Shown here one piece after another: positions 17,451 to 25,265 of a stretch of 64,000 nucleotides of DNA (position 1 is the first letter of the stretch; each line of letters begins with the position of its first letter). This DNA is from Atopobiaceae bacterium (GTDB lineage Bacteria > Actinomycetota > Coriobacteriia > Coriobacteriales > Atopobiaceae). A program made the position numbers and the translations under genes. The notes below the pieces were generated by a model. It was not told the origin of the DNA. It saw nothing but the letters and a program-made list of their open reading frames with translations, and searched no databases. The stretch spans positions 9,763-73,762 of the forward strand of contig JAFWMH010000032.1 in assembly GCA_017510785.1 (NCBI GenBank), written 5' to 3'.

Positions 17451-19415
17451 ATGGCTAAGCACCAAGCGCAACGACCGGGCCGCGACGTACGCGGCGGCAA
17501 TGGCAAACGTTGGCGTGAACAAACGCCTACAGCCGGAAAATCGGGAGAGGAATACCGGAAGGGGCAGAAGCGGTATGGCGCTTCGTCGCAAGATCGCCAG
17601 CAAGGGCATGGCGCCGATGGCGGGGCCGGCCGCGGGTCTGGCCGCAGGGGCGGCTACGGGTCCGATCGCGGCCCTAACCGTGGGGATGGCTACGCGAGCG
17701 ATCGTGGTGGCAATCGTGGATTCAACCGCGGGGGCGGCTACGGACCCAACCGCGGAGGCGACCACAGGTCTGGCCGCGGGGGCGGCTACGGGTCCGACCG
17801 CGGAGGCGACCACAGGTCTGGCCGCGGGGGCGGCTACGCGAGCGACCATGGACCCAGCCGCGGGACTGGCTACGGTTCCGACCGTGGATCCAGCCGCGGG
17901 AGCGGCTATGCGAGCGACCGCGCGTCCGACCGTGGAGCAAACCGTGGAGGCGGCTACGGGTCCAATCGCGGAAGTGATCGCGGTCCCAGCCGCGAGGGTG
18001 GCTACAGGTCCGACCGTGGACCCAACCATGGGCCTAACCGTGGCGGCGGCTATAAGGCCGACCGCGGGTCGGGGCGCGGATCCTACCATGGCGGTGGCTA
18101 CGGTTCCAACCAGAAGTCCGGTCGCAAGAGCAATCGTGGGAACGACCGTGGATTCGATCGCAAGCCTGGCCGCAAGCCCGACCGCACCTTCGATCGCAAG
18201 TCCAATCGCAAGCGGGGAGGCAGTGAGTTCATAGAGGGTCGTCGTGCCTGCGCAGAGGCGCTTGACGCTCGGGTGCCTTTGCGTCGTGCGCTGGTGGCCA
18301 CGGGAGTAGGCGATCGCGACCGCGCGCTCGAGGAGCTTATCATTCGTCTTGAAGAAGCGAATGTGCCTGTGGAATACGTCGCCCGCGACCGCCTCGATGG
18401 CCGCTCGTCCCACGGGGCGCATCAGGGCATTATGCTTGAGGTCGAGCCGTTTGAATACGCTACGGTCGATGACATCATTGAAGCGGCGGGCGAGGGCGAC
18501 GCTCTTGTGTTGCTGCTCGATCATGTTACCGACGAGGGAAACTTCGGCGCCATTGTACGAACGGCCGAGGTAGTTGGTGCTGCCGGTGTGGTGGTTGCCA
18601 ACGCCCGTGCGGCGCATGTGGGAACCGCCGCGTACAAGACGTCAGCTGGTGCCGTTCTGCACCTGCCCATCGCTCAGGTTTCCAACCTGGCGTCGGCGGC
18701 AGAGCAGCTTAAGGAGGCGGGATTCTGGCTGGGAGCTGCGACCGAGCACGCGCACGACGACGTGTGGCATGCGCCGCTTGAAGGGCGCATTTGCTTGGTG
18801 ATGGGCTCGGAAGGGTCTGGCATCTCGGCGCTCATGCGCAAGCGATGCGACTTTGAGTGCAAGTTGCCGCAGCGCGGACGTGTGGAGTCGCTCAACGTGG
18901 CGCAGGCAACCACGGCGCTTGCGTACGAGTGGCTGCGCCGTACGATGGAAAAAGAGACGCCCGAAGGTGCGTCTAGCAGTATTGCGGATGACGGAGCCTC
19001 CGGTGAGCTCGATGTTTTCGACGAGGTCGTCGAGTTTAGCGATTCTAGCGACTCCGACGCGTTGGCCCTCTCTGATGGGCTCGACGGGTCTGAAGTCTTG
19101 GACGGACTTGATGCCGTTGATAACTCCGACGTGGCGACTCTCTTCGACGGGTCCGATGGACTCGAAGCCTTCGACGACTCCGAAGCAGCGACAGTCCTTG
19201 ATGTCTCTGACGCCCTCGACGATGCCAGCGTCGCGACTCTTTCCGAAGGGGCCGAGGCTCTCGCGGCCTTCGACGCCCCCGATGTTCCACCCCTCATCGA
19301 CGGGGCCGACGGTTCCGCCGAGCTAACGCTCTCCGAAGGGGCCGAAGGATCTGCTATTCTCGATGATTTTGTCACCTTGGACGGGTCCGACACTCCCGGC
19401 GATTCCTTGGTATGA
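17451..19415 (+). CDS. rlmB: TrmH/SpoU-family 23S rRNA 2'-O-methyltransferase (RlmB-like) with an RGG-rich basic N-terminal tail and an acidic C-terminal tail
   Basis: Track ORF 17058..19415 trimmed to ATG 17451. The SpoU core is present (LLLDHVTDEGNFGAIVRTAE...LVMGSEGSGIS...GRVESLNVAQATTALAYEW). aa 1-~257 are R/G/Y/S/D low complexity. The last ~155 aa are D/S/E/A/L repeats. Confidence 0.85.
   Translation: MAKHQAQRPGRDVRGGNGKRWREQTPTAGKSGEEYRKGQKRYGASSQDRQQGHGADGGAGRGSGRRGGYGSDRGPNRGDGYASDRGGNRGFNRGGGYGPNRGGDHRSGRGGGYGSDRGGDHRSGRGGGYASDHGPSRGTGYGSDRGSSRGSGYASDRASDRGANRGGGYGSNRGSDRGPSREGGYRSDRGPNHGPNRGGGYKADRGSGRGSYHGGGYGSNQKSGRKSNRGNDRGFDRKPGRKPDRTFDRKSNRKRGGSEFIEGRRACAEALDARVPLRRALVATGVGDRDRALEELIIRLEEANVPVEYVARDRLDGRSSHGAHQGIMLEVEPFEYATVDDIIEAAGEGDALVLLLDHVTDEGNFGAIVRTAEVVGAAGVVVANARAAHVGTAAYKTSAGAVLHLPIAQVSNLASAAEQLKEAGFWLGAATEHAHDDVWHAPLEGRICLVMGSEGSGISALMRKRCDFECKLPQRGRVESLNVAQATTALAYEWLRRTMEKETPEGASSSIADDGASGELDVFDEVVEFSDSSDSDALALSDGLDGSEVLDGLDAVDNSDVATLFDGSDGLEAFDDSEAATVLDVSDALDDASVATLSEGAEALAAFDAPDVPPLIDGADGSAELTLSEGAEGSAILDDFVTLDGSDTPGDSLV
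17751..17846 (+). repeat. Perfect or near-perfect 48-nt tandem duplication within the RGG-coding region
   Basis: It encodes RGGDHRSGRGGGY(G/A)SD twice. The sequence CGCGGAGGCGACCACAGGTCTGGCCGCGGGGGCGGCTACG is repeated head to tail. Confidence 0.8.
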
Positions 19416-19993
19416 GACGCTCCTCTTTGCCACTTCTCGTGGTTGACGGCTACAACGTAATTGGCGCCACCCCGCGCTACTCGTCGCTTGTTGACGAGCA
19501 TGCGGGGGCTGGTGCCTTGGCGGATGTTGCTTCTCTTTCGCGCGACCCGTACGGACACGATCCGTTCGAGTCGGCGCGTTTTGTTCTTATGAATGATGTG
19601 GCGACGTATGCGCAGGGGCGCTACGATGCCGTGGTTGTGTTCGATGCAGCCGAGAACCTTTCCGACGACCGTCCGACGTTTCGGCCGGGAGGCGTACGCA
19701 TGATGTTTTCTCGCACGGGCGAGTCGGCCGATACGGTTATAGAGCGATTGGTCGTTCGTGCACGCGAGCAAAATCGCGAGGTTACGCTCGTTACTTCCGA
19801 TAACACCATTCGGGCTACGGTTGGCGGCATTCCCGTTACCACAATTTCGAGCCAGCTGCTCGCACACGATATGAAGACGACGAACGACGAGGTTGTTGTC
19901 GCCCACGATGACCGTTCGCACATGCGCATGACGGTGGAAGATCGTCTCGATCCTGCATCGCGCGAAAAGCTTTGGAAACTACTTGGGCGTTAG
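19412..19993 (+). CDS. NYN/PIN-like domain protein (YacP/Rae1-like ribonuclease family)
   Basis: 193 aa. Reads LLVVDGYNVIGATPRY...VVVFDAAE...VTSDNTIRATV. 4-nt ATGA overlap with rlmB. The rlmB-yacP neighbourhood is conserved in Gram-positives. Confidence 0.85.
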   Translation: MRRSSLPLLVVDGYNVIGATPRYSSLVDEHAGAGALADVASLSRDPYGHDPFESARFVLMNDVATYAQGRYDAVVVFDAAENLSDDRPTFRPGGVRMMFSRTGESADTVIERLVVRAREQNREVTLVTSDNTIRATVGGIPVTTISSQLLAHDMKTTNDEVVVAHDDRSHMRMTVEDRLDPASREKLWKLLGR

Positions 19994-20031
19994 AGCTAGG
20001 GGTAGCGCGCGGTGTGGGACTCTGGCGTTGG

Positions 20032-20190
20032 GGCTTGGCTGGTGATGCGTCGGCTGGGGCGAGGAACTTGCCCGCAGTGCGCACTTGGCTTGGCTGGTGA
20101 TGCGTCGGCTGGGGCGAGGGCCTGCCCGGGGATGCTCCCGGCTTGCTTGACGCTGTTTCGGCTGGGGCGAGGGGATTGCCTGCGGGATGC
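20032..20190. repeat. GC-rich degenerate tandem repeat (~54-nt unit, 2 full copies plus 1 partial), noncoding
   Basis: GGCTTGGCTGGTGATGCGTCGGCTGGGGCGAGG occurs at 20032-20064 and 20087-20119. A third TCGGCTGGGGCGAGGGG is near 20158. Each is followed by a (C)TGCC(C/T)G-type segment. Confidence 0.6.
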
Positions 20191-20297
20191 CTTTAGCGCG
20201 GTTGGCATGAGTGGTCTGTGCGTTTGGTACTGTTCGCCCCATGGTGTGCTTTTGTCGTATGCTTTGCGTGGACGAGTTCCTAATGGATTAAGGTACA

Positions 20298-20453
20298 TTA
20301 AGTGCGAAAAAATGTTGATAGCATAGTTGATGTATGTGACAAGAGAGTGACAAAAGCGCAGGTCAGAGCACCGTACGAAGAATGATATCGCATTACAAAT
20401 CAATATTTTTTCGCACTTAAGAATTGCTCATTAAGTGCGAAAAAATATTGATA
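20298..20453 (+). repeat. Element B, copy 1: 23-nt motif, 79-nt core, inverted motif, 10-nt loop, motif
   Basis: TTAAGTGCGAAAAAATGTTGATA at 20298-20320. Core at 20321-20399. Inverted copy TCAATATTTTTTCGCACTTAA at 20400-20420. Loop GAATTGCTCA. TTAAGTGCGAAAAAATATTGATA at 20431-20453. About 97% identical to 22276-22431. Confidence 0.85.
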
Positions 20454-20610
20454 TTACGTTGTATGCATGCGGAGTCTGTTGCTCTGGCTGGCTCCTGGCC
20501 GTGGCGCCGTGGCCCGACCAAGCTGACGAGCGTGTGCCCATGTCGCATGCTTGCAGGCCGGCGGACGTCGCCGAGAGGTTTGCGAAGCTCCCAAGCCATA
20601 AGGCGCGAGC

Positions 20611-21642
20611 TTAACACCCTTGTCTACTGAATCGCCGAACGTTCCAGTCGCGCCCCTCCCTGCTTGCGAAATTCGAAAACGCCAACAACGTGTTGGGATG
20701 CGACGCGATGTTGCGTAAGCGAGTTTGGAATGCGGCCCGTCTAGCCCATTCTTTGTTGGATACCTCGGGGAGCCTTATGTTTAGCCAAGCGGCTACAAGG
20801 TTGGCTATACGCTCGATTTCGTGTGCGCTGCGCATATGCTCGGTGGTGACAGTGATGACGCGATATCCCATTTCAAAGAGCACATCTCTGCGGACGGCGT
20901 CGCGGGCGATGCGCGATGATGCTGTGTGAAATGCATCACTGTCGTACTCAATGGCTAGACGAGCGTCGTTCCAAAGCAAGTCCGGAGTGATGTGGTCGTC
21001 GGTCCAAATTTCCCGAGCTTTACCTTTAACTTCGAGTGCGTGGTTGAGCTCCGGGGCCGGCAGGCCGAAGCCCCCACGCTCGAGGGGTTCGTGAAGAATA
21101 AGGGAGAGTGCGGCTTCCATAGGCGAACACGCGCCTTCGAGCACGTGCGGTAGCACTCTGGCCGCACGTTTTCGGCCCCGTACCCGCCGAAGATCGTCTA
21201 TGCCTCGGGCAAGATCCTTTGAGGAACAGCCTTGTTGCCTTTCGAAGAGCTCACCGTCTGGATGAATGCCATAGCGCCCGCAAAGTTCCATGCCCAAAAG
21301 GAGAAGTTCCTCGTCGTCGAGAAGGTTGGCCATCTGGACAAACACGTATTCGGGGCCACAGCAAAAGATTCCGCGACCTAAGCGTATAGCTGGGTATTTG
21401 CCCGTAGGGGTTATGAATAGGTGACAAAGTGTCTCGGATGAAGGCCGCCTGTCCTCGCGACTTGAGGTGATGAGGTGTAGTGGTCGTGTAAGATGTTTTG
21501 TCTCTTCCACATGGCGCTGCAAACGCGTTCGGCTTGCCTCAATGCCAAGCTCCGGAATGGCGTATCTTTGCTTGAGCAGCTCGATGTTCTCGTTCTGTCG
21601 CAGCCACTCCGCAGCGGTGCCGTACCCAAGGATGAAAGCCAT
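20611..21642 (-). CDS. DUF559 / Vsr-like (PD-(D/E)xK) endonuclease-domain protein with an uncharacterised N-terminal region
   Basis: 343 aa. The C-terminal block LLWNDARLAIEYDSDAFHTASSRIARDAVRRDVLFEMGYRVITVT matches the (I/L)xxEYDGxxH...DxxRxxxLxxxGWxVxR pattern of DUF559 proteins. It is the only CDS in the ~3-kb repeat-rich island. Confidence 0.8.
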   Translation of the reverse strand: MAFILGYGTAAEWLRQNENIELLKQRYAIPELGIEASRTRLQRHVEETKHLTRPLHLITSSREDRRPSSETLCHLFITPTGKYPAIRLGRGIFCCGPEYVFVQMANLLDDEELLLLGMELCGRYGIHPDGELFERQQGCSSKDLARGIDDLRRVRGRKRAARVLPHVLEGACSPMEAALSLILHEPLERGGFGLPAPELNHALEVKGKAREIWTDDHITPDLLWNDARLAIEYDSDAFHTASSRIARDAVRRDVLFEMGYRVITVTTEHMRSAHEIERIANLVAAWLNIRLPEVSNKEWARRAAFQTRLRNIASHPNTLLAFSNFASREGRDWNVRRFSRQGC

Positions 21643-21712
21643 TCTTTCTCCTGTAACGTCTCTTACAATGCGAAGGGGATTTTACGATTATGCTTTATGA
21701 AAGACAACCCTT

Positions 21713-21741
21713 TGTATAGAACATGGAAATATTGTTGACAA
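21713..21741 (-). promoter_or_regulatory. Candidate promoter for the DUF559 gene
   Basis: On the minus strand: TTGTCA (21741-21736), 17 nt, TATACA (21718-21713), about 70 nt upstream of ATG 21642. Confidence 0.3.
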
Positions 21742-21785
21742 AAACATGCTACGCGTAGGTGTTGACTGGAGGATTGGTGCCGCTC

Positions 21786-21890
21786 GGGGACGGATGACGG
21801 CTCGTGCGCAGGCGACGGCGCGCGGGCGACGGGTCGGGGACGGGTGTCGGCTCGTGCGCGGGCGACGGGCCGGGGACGGGTGACGGCTGG
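21786..21890. repeat. GC-rich tandem repeat (~36-nt unit, about 3 copies), noncoding
   Basis: GGGGACGG(A/G)TG(A/T)CGGCTCGTGCGC(A/G)GGCGACGGG... is repeated. The antisense translation shows an iterated TRPRPVARA. Confidence 0.6.
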
Positions 21891-22248
21891 AGGAAGGGGG
21901 CTATGATTTGACGATAGAAAGCGGATTCGGTATCTGGGCTTCTGGAGAAGGAGACAGTAATCCAAAGCAAATCGCAAAGATATACCATGGCGTCGGCGTT
22001 CGGCGTAGGCTCGAGGCCTGCGAGTTTCGTTCAAGCGTTCCAGCCGTCAGAGGCAATAATAGACAGCATTCGTAAATGGTTATGCACAAGCCATGGAGGC
22101 GGTTTTGCTAAAACCGGCCGCGCGCAAGCAATTGTCTAGTAATACGCTTGAAACTAGACGCTTGAAACCGGGCTCGTGTTCCGAATCGGCCGAGAGGTTG
22201 GCTTCGAGTGTGCATGCTCTTGAGACTAACACCTACAAGGAATAAAAG

Positions 22249-22431
22249 AATTTTTTCGCACTTAACAGCGAATCCTTAAGTGCGAAAAAATGTTGATAGA
22301 ATAGTTGATGTATGTGACAAGAGCGTGACAAAAGCGCAGGTCAGAGCGCCGTACGAAGAATGATATCGAATTACAAATCAATATTTTTTCGCACTTAACG
22401 AGCAATTCTTAAGTGCGAAAAAATGTTGATA
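22249..22431 (+). repeat. Element B, copy 2: hairpin, 79-nt core, hairpin
   Basis: AATTTTTTCGCACTTAA at 22249-22265. Loop CAGCGAATCC. TTAAGTGCGAAAAAATGTTGATA at 22276-22298. Core at 22299-22377, with 4 mismatches to copy 1. TCAATATTTTTTCGCACTTAA at 22378-22398. Loop CGAGCAATTC. TTAAGTGCGAAAAAATGTTGATA at 22409-22431. Confidence 0.85.
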
Positions 22432-22703
22432 CGGACATTGTTCCACTACATAAGTGGTCTGGCAAAGCCCTGGCAAATGACTTAGAAAGGCGCTCGGAAT
22501 GCGCCTGCGCCCGGAATGCGCCTGTGCCCGGAACGCGCCTTGGAAGAAACTCAAGAAGACGGGTGGCGGAAACCGAGAGGGCGGGGAGCAATCGCCCAGA
22601 AGGGGTGCCACGATTTACCTCGGCATGTCGATGATGAATCGTAACATCGCATAGTATTGACGAAAAAAGCAGACCAGACAATACGTCTGGTCTGCGAATA
22701 CTC

Positions 22704-22778
22704 TGGCTGGGACACTAGGATTCGAACCTAGGTTGGCGGCACCAAAAACCGCAGTCCTAACCCCTGGACGATGTCCCA
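22704..22778 (-). tRNA. tRNA-Gln (anticodon UUG)
   Basis: The 75-nt reverse complement is TGGGACA TC GTCC AGGGGTTA GGAC T GCGGT TTTTGGT GCCGC CAAC CTAGG TTCGAAT CCTAG TGTCCCA G CCA. It folds as a full cloverleaf with a U1-A72 pair (typical of bacterial tRNA-Gln), a TTCGAAT T-loop and an encoded CCA. Confidence 0.93.
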
Positions 22779-23083
22779 GTGCAATCACTGCGCTGGTTAC
22801 CAGCCACAGAGCTATTGCAGTATAACACAGGGAAGCGCGAAATGCACGAAGTTTTTTGCCGCCAAGTACGTACGCCAAGCTTGGCCACCGAGCTTGGCCA
22901 CCGGCCCGGTCGTCGGTTCGGTCGCCAAGCCAAGCCCCTTTGCCGCCGCCGAACCTGCCAGAATGCCAAGCCTTCGTGCGCGCAAAGCTCGCCTTCCTCC
23001 ACGGCTACCCTCTGTGCCGTCGCGTTCGAAGGACGCCCAGCGCTCTGTGCATGCCGTCGCGCCGTGTTGGCTCGCGGAATACC

Positions 23084-24049
23084 CTAGCCATCGAATCCGT
23101 CGAACGCCCCTTCAAAAACGTCGTCGGTAAAGGCGTCGTCGTCAAACGCAGCACAAATCGCGTCGAGCAGCATAACGGCGTACGCCTGGGCATCGCCAAC
23201 GGTAAACGTACCGTTGTAATTGGGTCCGCCAAGGGAGAGTTCTACATGTACCGTAGGCACCTCTTCGTCCGAGCTTAACGTTGCCGTGCGAATGCGCAAA
23301 GCCAGCGTCGCGGGGTCGTCGAGCACCACGTTTGGCATGGACGAGTCCTCGGGCAGGGGAGCGATGCCCAGCACCAGCAAAGCGCGGTCGCCGGGTCGCT
23401 TGTGGTCGGGCGATTCCAAAATGTCGAGTCCGCTGTGGTCGTTCGTGGCGGTGGCGAGATTCCAAATGCGTCCTGCCACGTTGCGTGAAATGGGGTCTTC
23501 CGCCGCAATCGAAATATGAACGCTCTCGAGCACATTTGCGGCGCGTGCGAAGCTCATGGCGCCCATGGGATGGGGACCCGATGCGGATTTGCCTGCCCAC
23601 ACGTGATGCAACCGCTCAATCGCATCAAACGTATCGGGAAACATCATGCCGTCTTGCAACACGCCGATGCTCTCTTGGAACTGTTTCACGGCGGCTTCGG
23701 TATACGGGCCGTAGTATCCGTCAACCTCTCCCGCAGAGAATCCCAAGATGTTCAAACACCGCTGGAGTTGCCGTACGTCCGCCCCGTGGAAATTTGGCAG
23801 CCTCAAATACAACGTACGATCACCCATCTTGTACGTTTCGTCAACGAGCGTTGCCCATGTGCGGGCATCAACTTCCTGACCAAGGGGCAATCCGTGGTCG
23901 AGCCTAAAATGCGCCACGGCCGTTGCCGTCGACGGCCCGAACTCCTGCCGTGCACGCTCACCTTCGTCGATGGCGTACGAAATCGAGCGCAAACGCTCCT
24001 GAATGTCTTCGACCGCCGCTCCGGTCGCTCCTTGTGTGATGGGTTCCAT
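23084..24049 (-). CDS. Peptidoglycan-binding (PG_binding_1-like) domain protein
   Basis: 321 aa. Two PGB-like repeats: GATGAAVEDIQERLRSISY...AVAHFRLDHGLPLGQEVDARTW and GADVRQLQRCLNILGF...YTEAAVKQFQESIGVLQDGMMFPDTF. The C-terminal ~170 aa are uncharacterised. No obvious signal peptide. Confidence 0.85.
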   Translation of the reverse strand: MEPITQGATGAAVEDIQERLRSISYAIDEGERARQEFGPSTATAVAHFRLDHGLPLGQEVDARTWATLVDETYKMGDRTLYLRLPNFHGADVRQLQRCLNILGFSAGEVDGYYGPYTEAAVKQFQESIGVLQDGMMFPDTFDAIERLHHVWAGKSASGPHPMGAMSFARAANVLESVHISIAAEDPISRNVAGRIWNLATATNDHSGLDILESPDHKRPGDRALLVLGIAPLPEDSSMPNVVLDDPATLALRIRTATLSSDEEVPTVHVELSLGGPNYNGTFTVGDAQAYAVMLLDAICAAFDDDAFTDDVFEGAFDGFDG

Positions 24050-24059
24050 CGCGTGCCCC

Positions 24060-25265
24060 TTACGCCTCTCTGCTCACAAAATAGTTTGCCATGGATACAA
24101 GCACGCTGCGTGCCTCGCTTGAAATCTGCGCAATGTCGAGCTGTGCCTCAGCATCCTGAACAAGCCCCTGCGCGTAGGCACGCGCGTAGTCCACGGCGCC
24201 TGCCTCCGTTGCCAGCTCAACTGCACGCGCCAGTGCGTCTTTTTCCGTCGTGTGCGCCGAGAGTATGGCGCGCAGCTCGTTGGCGTCGCTCGGTTCAAGA
24301 TGCTGTAATGCACGCACCATTACGAGGGTGCGCTTGCCTTCGGTAACGTCGCTCCTAAAGTCCTTGCCCTGCGCGGCGGCGTCGCCCACCAAGTTAAGAA
24401 TGTCGTCCTGGATTTGGAAGGCGAGTCCCGCGGCGAGGCCAAAGTCGTGCAACGCCTTTGCCAACAGGGGGTTGCCGTCGGCGCATCGAACTCCAAAAGC
24501 GAGTGGGCTTGCGGCGGAATAATACGCCGTTTTGAGCGTGGCCATGTTCAAATAGTCCTGCTCCGTGAGGTCCCAGCGACCATCGCGTACCCAGCCCAAA
24601 TCGAGCGCCTGACCCTCAAGCGTGTAGCGCTGCATGTCGTAAAGCATGCGTGCCAGCTCCACGCGCGCAAGGGGGCTAAACTCACCCTCGAACAACACTT
24701 GAGACAAAACATGCACAATGGCAACATCCCCCGCGTTAATCGCGATGCCGGTGCCATCAGTAATATGTATGCACGGCATGCCGCGGCGAAGCTCGCTTTT
24801 GTCTGCGATGTCGTCGTGGATGAGCGCTGCCGCCTGAAAGAGCTCTACGGCACATGCGGCAGGCAGCGCGCAATCCTCAATCGCACCAGCCGCCGTAGCC
24901 CCCAGCAGGCAGAGTGCGGGCCGGATGCGTTTGCCTCCTGCAAAAACCATACGACGCAAAGGTTCGTATAAGTAGCGCTCAAGGTCGGCCGACTGGCTTG
25001 TTTCGAGCGGCGTAGGTATGCATTCGCGAAGCGCATCTTCAATTTTGGGCAACACGCGCTTGACGAACTCCAAAAAAGGCGTGGGCGAAGTGGCCGAAGT
25101 GGCCGCAGCGGCGCTTTGTGCACTGGCGTTGTCGTTGCTCGCCTGCGTCGCGTCGGCCTCGGGGCGGATGCCCGTCGTGGCCGCAGTAGCCGCAGCGGTA
25201 CCTTGTGTGCTCACGTTAGCCCTCGTAACCGTTGGGATTTGTGGACTGCCAGTTCCAACTGTCAC
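24060..25265 (-). CDS. Polyprenyl diphosphate synthase (trans-isoprenyl diphosphate synthase family)
   Basis: First Asp-rich motif LIHDDIADKSELRRG and second motif FQIQDDILNLVGD. The longest ORF starts at GTG 25265 and overlaps galE by 50 nt. GTG 25214, immediately after the galE stop and preceded by GAGGG, is an alternative start. The N-terminal ~70 aa are A/T/S-rich low complexity. Confidence 0.85.
   Translation of the reverse strand: MTVGTGSPQIPTVTRANVSTQGTAAATAATTGIRPEADATQASNDNASAQSAAAATSATSPTPFLEFVKRVLPKIEDALRECIPTPLETSQSADLERYLYEPLRRMVFAGGKRIRPALCLLGATAAGAIEDCALPAACAVELFQAAALIHDDIADKSELRRGMPCIHITDGTGIAINAGDVAIVHVLSQVLFEGEFSPLARVELARMLYDMQRYTLEGQALDLGWVRDGRWDLTEQDYLNMATLKTAYYSAASPLAFGVRCADGNPLLAKALHDFGLAAGLAFQIQDDILNLVGDAAAQGKDFRSDVTEGKRTLVMVRALQHLEPSDANELRAILSAHTTEKDALARAVELATEAGAVDYARAYAQGLVQDAEAQLDIAQISSEARSVLVSMANYFVSREA

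Noticed and set aside
16995-19921. 540-aa (16995..18617-) and 415-aa (18674..19921-) ORFs antisense to cysS/rlmB/yacP, plus a 268-aa +2-frame ORF (17428..18234).
   Set aside because: They are by-products of the GC-rich RGG and D/S repeat DNA and translate to low-complexity A/T/G/P/R strings. The sense frame contains a complete SpoU methyltransferase core.
20298-22431. Whether the repeated TTAAGTGCGAAAAAATGTTGATA motif is a CRISPR array.
   Set aside because: There are only 3-4 copies per locus, in alternating (inverted) orientation. The 79-nt 'spacer' is the same sequence in both loci and no cas genes are present. This is not CRISPR architecture.
19996-23130. ORFs in the repeat island: 19996..20403-, 20012..20326+, 20424..20630+, 21663..22034-, 22409..22681-, 22615..22878- and 22771..23130+.
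   Set aside because: They run through tandem repeats, element B or the tRNA-Gln gene. They lack an RBS and translate to repetitive low-complexity peptides.
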